Shown here piece by piece: positions 55,271 to 64,000 of a stretch of DNA of 64,000 nucleotides. The DNA comes from an uncultured Chloroflexia bacterium (lineage in GTDB: Bacteria; Chloroflexota; Limnocylindria; Limnocylindrales; CSP1-4), in contig CAVPYV010000002.1 in assembly GCA_963710105.1 (NCBI GenBank), positions 116,972 through 180,971 of the forward strand, in the 5' to 3' direction. The notes below the pieces were generated by a model. The model worked only from the letters and a program-made list of their open reading frames with translations, had not been told where the DNA came from and made no database searches. Made by a program: the position numbers and the translations under genes. Position 1 is the first letter of the stretch; each line of letters begins with the position of its first letter.

Positions 55271-56373
55271 CGGTCGCCCTGGCCCGTCGCGCCGAGGAGC
55301 ACTGGGTCGTCCTCCGTGTCGCCGCCGGGCTCGTCGCCCGCGTCGGCCTCGTGGCCCGGCTCGTGGCGGGTGTCCATGCGCCGTTGCTGGCCGTCCTCCC
55401 AGAGGAGCATCTCCTGGGTGAACGAGACCTCGCTGCTGAACAGCGCCCCGACGGATTCGCCACGGTGGATCCGCTTGATCGCCTCGCCGATCAGGGGCGC
55501 CACCGACAGCGTCGTGACCTTCGGCAGGCGTTTGATGGCCGGCAGGGGGACCGAGTCGGTCAGGACGACCTCGCGGAGGTTCGAGTCGCGGATCCGATCG
55601 ACCGCTGGGTCGCTCAGGACGCCGTGCGTGGCGCAGGCGTAGATCTCCGTCACGCCCTCGCGCTCGAGGGCCCGGACGATCTCGGTCAGCGTGCCGCCGG
55701 TGTCGATCTCGTCGTCGACGATGATCGCCCGCTTGCCACGGACGTCGCCGATGACGTTCATCAGCTCGGCCCGGTCGAGGTTCCCGATCCGCCGCTTCTC
55801 GATGATCGCGAGCGGTGCGTCGAGCAGCTCGGCGAACGTCCGGGCGCGCTTGGCGAAGCCGAGGTCGGTGACGACGACGACGTCGGTCAGGTGCTTGTGG
55901 ATGAAGTAGTTCGACAGCAGGTGGACCGCCGTCAGCTCGTCGACCGGGATGTTGAAGAAGCCCTGGATCTGGCCCTGGTGGAGGTCCATCGTCAGGACCC
56001 GGTCGGCGCCGGCGACCGTGATCATGTCGGCGATCAGGCGCGCCGTGATCGGGACGCGCGGCTGGTCCTTCTTGTCGGACCGGCCGTAGGCGTAGAACGG
56101 GATCACGGCGGTGATCCGGCCTGCGCTCGCCCGCTTGAAGGCGTCGATCATGATCAGGAGCTCCATGATCGACTGGTTGACCGGGTGCGAGGTCGGCTGG
56201 ACGAGGAAGACGTCCTTCTCCCGGACGTTGTCGAGGATCTTCACGAAGATGTTCTCGTTCGCGAACTGGAAGACCTCGGCCTTGCCGCACTCCGTGCCGA
56301 GCCAGCGGGCGATCTTCCGGGCCAGTTCCGGGTTCGAGTTGCCGTGATAGATCTCGAACTGGTCCGCGTACAC
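55267..56373 (-). CDS. prs: ribose-phosphate pyrophosphokinase
   Basis: GTG 56373 after GGAGG; FANEN, AFKRASA, DLH-x2-QIQGFF, IEKRR and IVDDEIDTGGTL. Confidence 0.95.
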   Translation of the reverse strand: MYADQFEIYHGNSNPELARKIARWLGTECGKAEVFQFANENIFVKILDNVREKDVFLVQPTSHPVNQSIMELLIMIDAFKRASAGRITAVIPFYAYGRSDKKDQPRVPITARLIADMITVAGADRVLTMDLHQGQIQGFFNIPVDELTAVHLLSNYFIHKHLTDVVVVTDLGFAKRARTFAELLDAPLAIIEKRRIGNLDRAELMNVIGDVRGKRAIIVDDEIDTGGTLTEIVRALEREGVTEIYACATHGVLSDPAVDRIRDSNLREVVLTDSVPLPAIKRLPKVTTLSVAPLIGEAIKRIHRGESVGALFSSEVSFTQEMLLWEDGQQRRMDTRHEPGHEADAGDEPGGDTEDDPVLLGATGQGDR

Positions 56374-56407
56374 CGCGTCCTCCCGCACGAGCGGTCTCAC
56401 GACGCGG

Positions 56408-58972
<2,565 letters not shown>

Positions 58973-59032
58973 GGGTCAGGCTCTCCTAACGAACGTTCGG
59001 TCGTGCGGCGGATGCGGACGGATGCGCGGCGG

Positions 59033-60013
59033 TCATGCGAGTGGCGGCTCGGGCAGCGGGCGGCCGAGCAGGCCCGCCCCGAAACGGGCCGCGGTCTCGG
59101 CCGCGCGGGACGTCGAGGGCGCTCCGGGCCGGCGCCGGATCCCATCCAGACGGGCCCGGATCCGGGCCGCGACGCCGGGGTCGAGCTTCGAGAGGGAATC
59201 GCGAATGACCCAGGCGCGATAGCCGTCGTCCGTCGCGACGGCCTGATCCGCCTCCGCCTCCAGGAAGACCGTCGCGGCCGCGGCGTCGACGAGGGTCATC
59301 GCCCGGACGGCCCACGACAGCGCCTTCTGGACGTACGGCTCGTCATCCCCGATCAGGTCGCGGACGAGACCGAGCCCGTGCACGGCGACCTCCGGCCGGC
59401 GACCGAGCTCGCGGTCCACGAACGGAATCGTCGCGATCGTGCTGCCGACGAGGCGCCGCTCCCAGGGCGACGGGCTGAAGACGAGCTGCTCGAGCTCGGC
59501 CCAGCGGTACGCCTCGTTGAGGATGCCGCGGCCGGTCGGATGGGCGAGGCTGTCGATGGTGATCCAGTCGCCGGCGTCGCGGGCGGCCCGCCGGATCAGC
59601 TGCCAGGTCCGCTCCGGGTCGTCGCCGACGAGCCGCTCCAGCAGGCCGAAGGCGAACCAGCGCGCCTCGAGCCGCGGGTCGCCGAGGAGTCGGTCCGCGA
59701 CGAACAGCCAGCCCGACGTGCGTTCGCCGCGCGTCGCGCTCCGGAAGCCGCGGCCGATCGCCTCGAGGAGGGGCCAGCGGACGCCGTGGATCGAGCCGAT
59801 GCCGGGAGCCACCCGGCGCGTCGCCTCGAGGTCGGCCGGATCGGCCAGGCCGGCGAGACCCGCGTCGAGGACGCCGGCGAAGCGGGTCGGATCCGCCGTC
59901 TCCTCGGCGAGACGCCGGCCGAGAGCCTCGGCGGCGGCCCGCCGCTCCGCGATCCCCTCGGTTCGACGCGTGACCGCGCCCGCGGCCACCGGGCTCAGCG
60001 TGGCGGCCGTCAC
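59033..60013 (-). CDS. DNA alkylation repair (AlkD-like HEAT-repeat) protein
   Basis: 3' part of ORF 59033..60478; GTG 60013 overlaps the upstream TGA; [14 protein letters not shown] and [13 protein letters not shown]. Confidence 0.7.
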   Translation of the reverse strand: MTAATLSPVAAGAVTRRTEGIAERRAAAEALGRRLAEETADPTRFAGVLDAGLAGLADPADLEATRRVAPGIGSIHGVRWPLLEAIGRGFRSATRGERTSGWLFVADRLLGDPRLEARWFAFGLLERLVGDDPERTWQLIRRAARDAGDWITIDSLAHPTGRGILNEAYRWAELEQLVFSPSPWERRLVGSTIATIPFVDRELGRRPEVAVHGLGLVRDLIGDDEPYVQKALSWAVRAMTLVDAAAATVFLEAEADQAVATDDGYRAWVIRDSLSKLDPGVAARIRARLDGIRRRPGAPSTSRAAETAARFGAGLLGRPLPEPPLA

Positions 60014-60549
60014 GGCGCGGCCCCATCGGACCCGGCCGCGATGGGCCTGGCCGTGACCGGCGTCAGCCGGAAGCGGTAGCGCGCCTGGAGCTCGGCCTTG
60101 CGGGCGGCGTCGGCGGCGACGTACGTGGCCGTGGCGGTCGCGAGGACGGAGCCGCTCGCCGGATCGACGATCCGCGCCTCGGTCTCGACGAGGCGCCGCC
60201 GGATCGAGGTGATCCAGCCTTCCCCACGGATCGGGACCCCGAGCGGGACCGGCCGCTTGAACTCCACGCTCATCCGCGCCGTGAGCCCCCAGTTGTCGGT
60301 GGCGGCGAGCGACCAGGCCATGACCTCGTCGAGGATCGTGCAGACGATCCCGCCGTGGGCGATCCCGTCCCAGCCCTGGAAGCGGTCGGCCAGCGCGAGG
60401 TCGGTCCAGCAGCGGTCGCCGTCGACGTGGAGGTCGAGGTGGATCCCGTGCTCGTTCAGCGCGCCACAGGCAAAGCAATGATGCGGCGCGACCTCGATCG
60501 TGAGGGCGCTGCCGGCGGCGCTCACGACCCGCGACGGCGCCTTGTCCAC
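60010..60549 (-). CDS. PaaI/hot-dog thioesterase (start approximate)
   Basis: 3' part of ORF 60010..62115; CFACG-x2-N-x-HG, FQGW[17 protein letters not shown], [13 protein letters not shown]. Confidence 0.85.
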   Translation of the reverse strand: MDKAPSRVVSAAGSALTIEVAPHHCFACGALNEHGIHLDLHVDGDRCWTDLALADRFQGWDGIAHGGIVCTILDEVMAWSLAATDNWGLTARMSVEFKRPVPLGVPIRGEGWITSIRRRLVETEARIVDPASGSVLATATATYVAADAARKAELQARYRFRLTPVTARPIAAGSDGAAP

Positions 60550-60593
60550 CGGATCGGTGGAACCGGCGGCGTCGGCCTCGCGAACCTCAGACG

Positions 60594-63414
<2,821 letters not shown>

Positions 63415-63418
<4 letters not shown>

Positions 63419-64000
63419 CGCGAGCCTCCGACGGCGAACGCCTGGTGAGTCGGATCGGACATCCGCCGGGTCGCGGCGGGTTCCAACGTCCCCATCTCGG
63501 GCGAGCGTGCCAGGGCGTCGCGCCCGTCGCGATGCCGGACTTCGTCGGCGAGCGCGGCGTACGCCGTCGCCCCCCGTAAATCCGAGCGGTAGAGCGCGAT
63601 CGGAAGACCGAAGCTGGGGGCCTCCGAGAGCCGGACGCTGCGCGGGACGACCGTATCGAAGACGGCAGTCCCGAGGTGGTTGCGGACCTCGGCGGCGACA
63701 TCGGCCGACAGGTTCGTTCGCGCGTCGTACATCGTCAGGACCACGCCCTTGATCGCGAGCGCCGGGTTGAGGTTGTCGCGGACCAGGTTGAGCGTGGCGA
63801 TCAGCTGGGTCAGGCCCTCGAGGGCGTAGTACTCGCATTGGGTCGGGATCAGGACCGAATCTGCCGCGGTCAGGGCGTTGACCGTGAGCAGTCCGAGCGA
63901 CGGGGGGCAGTCGATCAGGACGTAGTCGTAGGCGGTCCGCGCCGTCGCGAGAACGCGGGCAAGACGGCGCTCGCGTTGTTCCGCGGTCGCGAGCTCCACC
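63415..64000 (-). CDS. parA: chromosome partitioning ATPase ParA/Soj (5'-truncated by window edge)
   Basis: YDYVLIDCPPSLGLLTVNAL, QCEYYALEGL, LTMYDART and PRSVRLSEAPSFG. Confidence 0.96.

Overview
A very GC-rich bacterial chromosome segment spanning the replication origin. The lineage is probably Chloroflexota with actinobacteria-like envelope genes; this is inferred from gene content and protein motifs, not from a database search. Left arm (1-18.8 kb): a phosphatidylinositol-mannoside-type lipid cluster (ino1, two acyltransferases, a PHP hydrolase, a PimA-like GT4), a GT-C glycosylation island (a ~1,850-aa double GT-C/PMT fusion split by a 1-nt frameshift, an orphan GT-C, a DUF2723 protein, a polyprenol-phosphate sugar synthase), and a PP2C-like membrane protein/rhomboid/DUF151 operon. 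Centre (19-27 kb): dciA-recF-dnaN-[oriC]-dnaA divergent from rpmH-rnpA-yidD-yidC-jag. 27-43 kb: accessory genes (VanW, HxlR plus two HtrA-type proteases, a Ddn-family reductase, a NarL-type two-component system, a SodC-like protein, a lipoprotein nucleoside hydrolase), tmRNA, an MFS transporter, a divergent urease-like pair without maturation genes, a proline-racemase-family enzyme and a GNAT. Right arm (43-64 kb, all minus strand): smpB, S41 protease, ftsEX, GNAT, frameshifted prfB, ydcF-like, secA, yceI-like, prs, gyrA, AlkD-like, thioesterase, gyrB, parB, parA (partial). Best leads: (1) the giant GT-C/PMT fusion with a ~400-aa domain inserted into the PMT; (2) the urease-like enzyme with its Ni-ligand Asp replaced by Asn; (3) an unannotated promoter-SD-16-codon-terminator unit between the S41 protease gene and smpB; (4) an 8-Cys microprotein whose UGA is directly followed, in frame, by the prfB start; (5) a PHP hydrolase positioned as a candidate phosphatidylinositol-phosphate phosphatase. 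No rRNA, tRNA, CRISPR array, integrase or transposase was seen. Most long ORFs in the track are antisense or off-frame shadows caused by the GC content.
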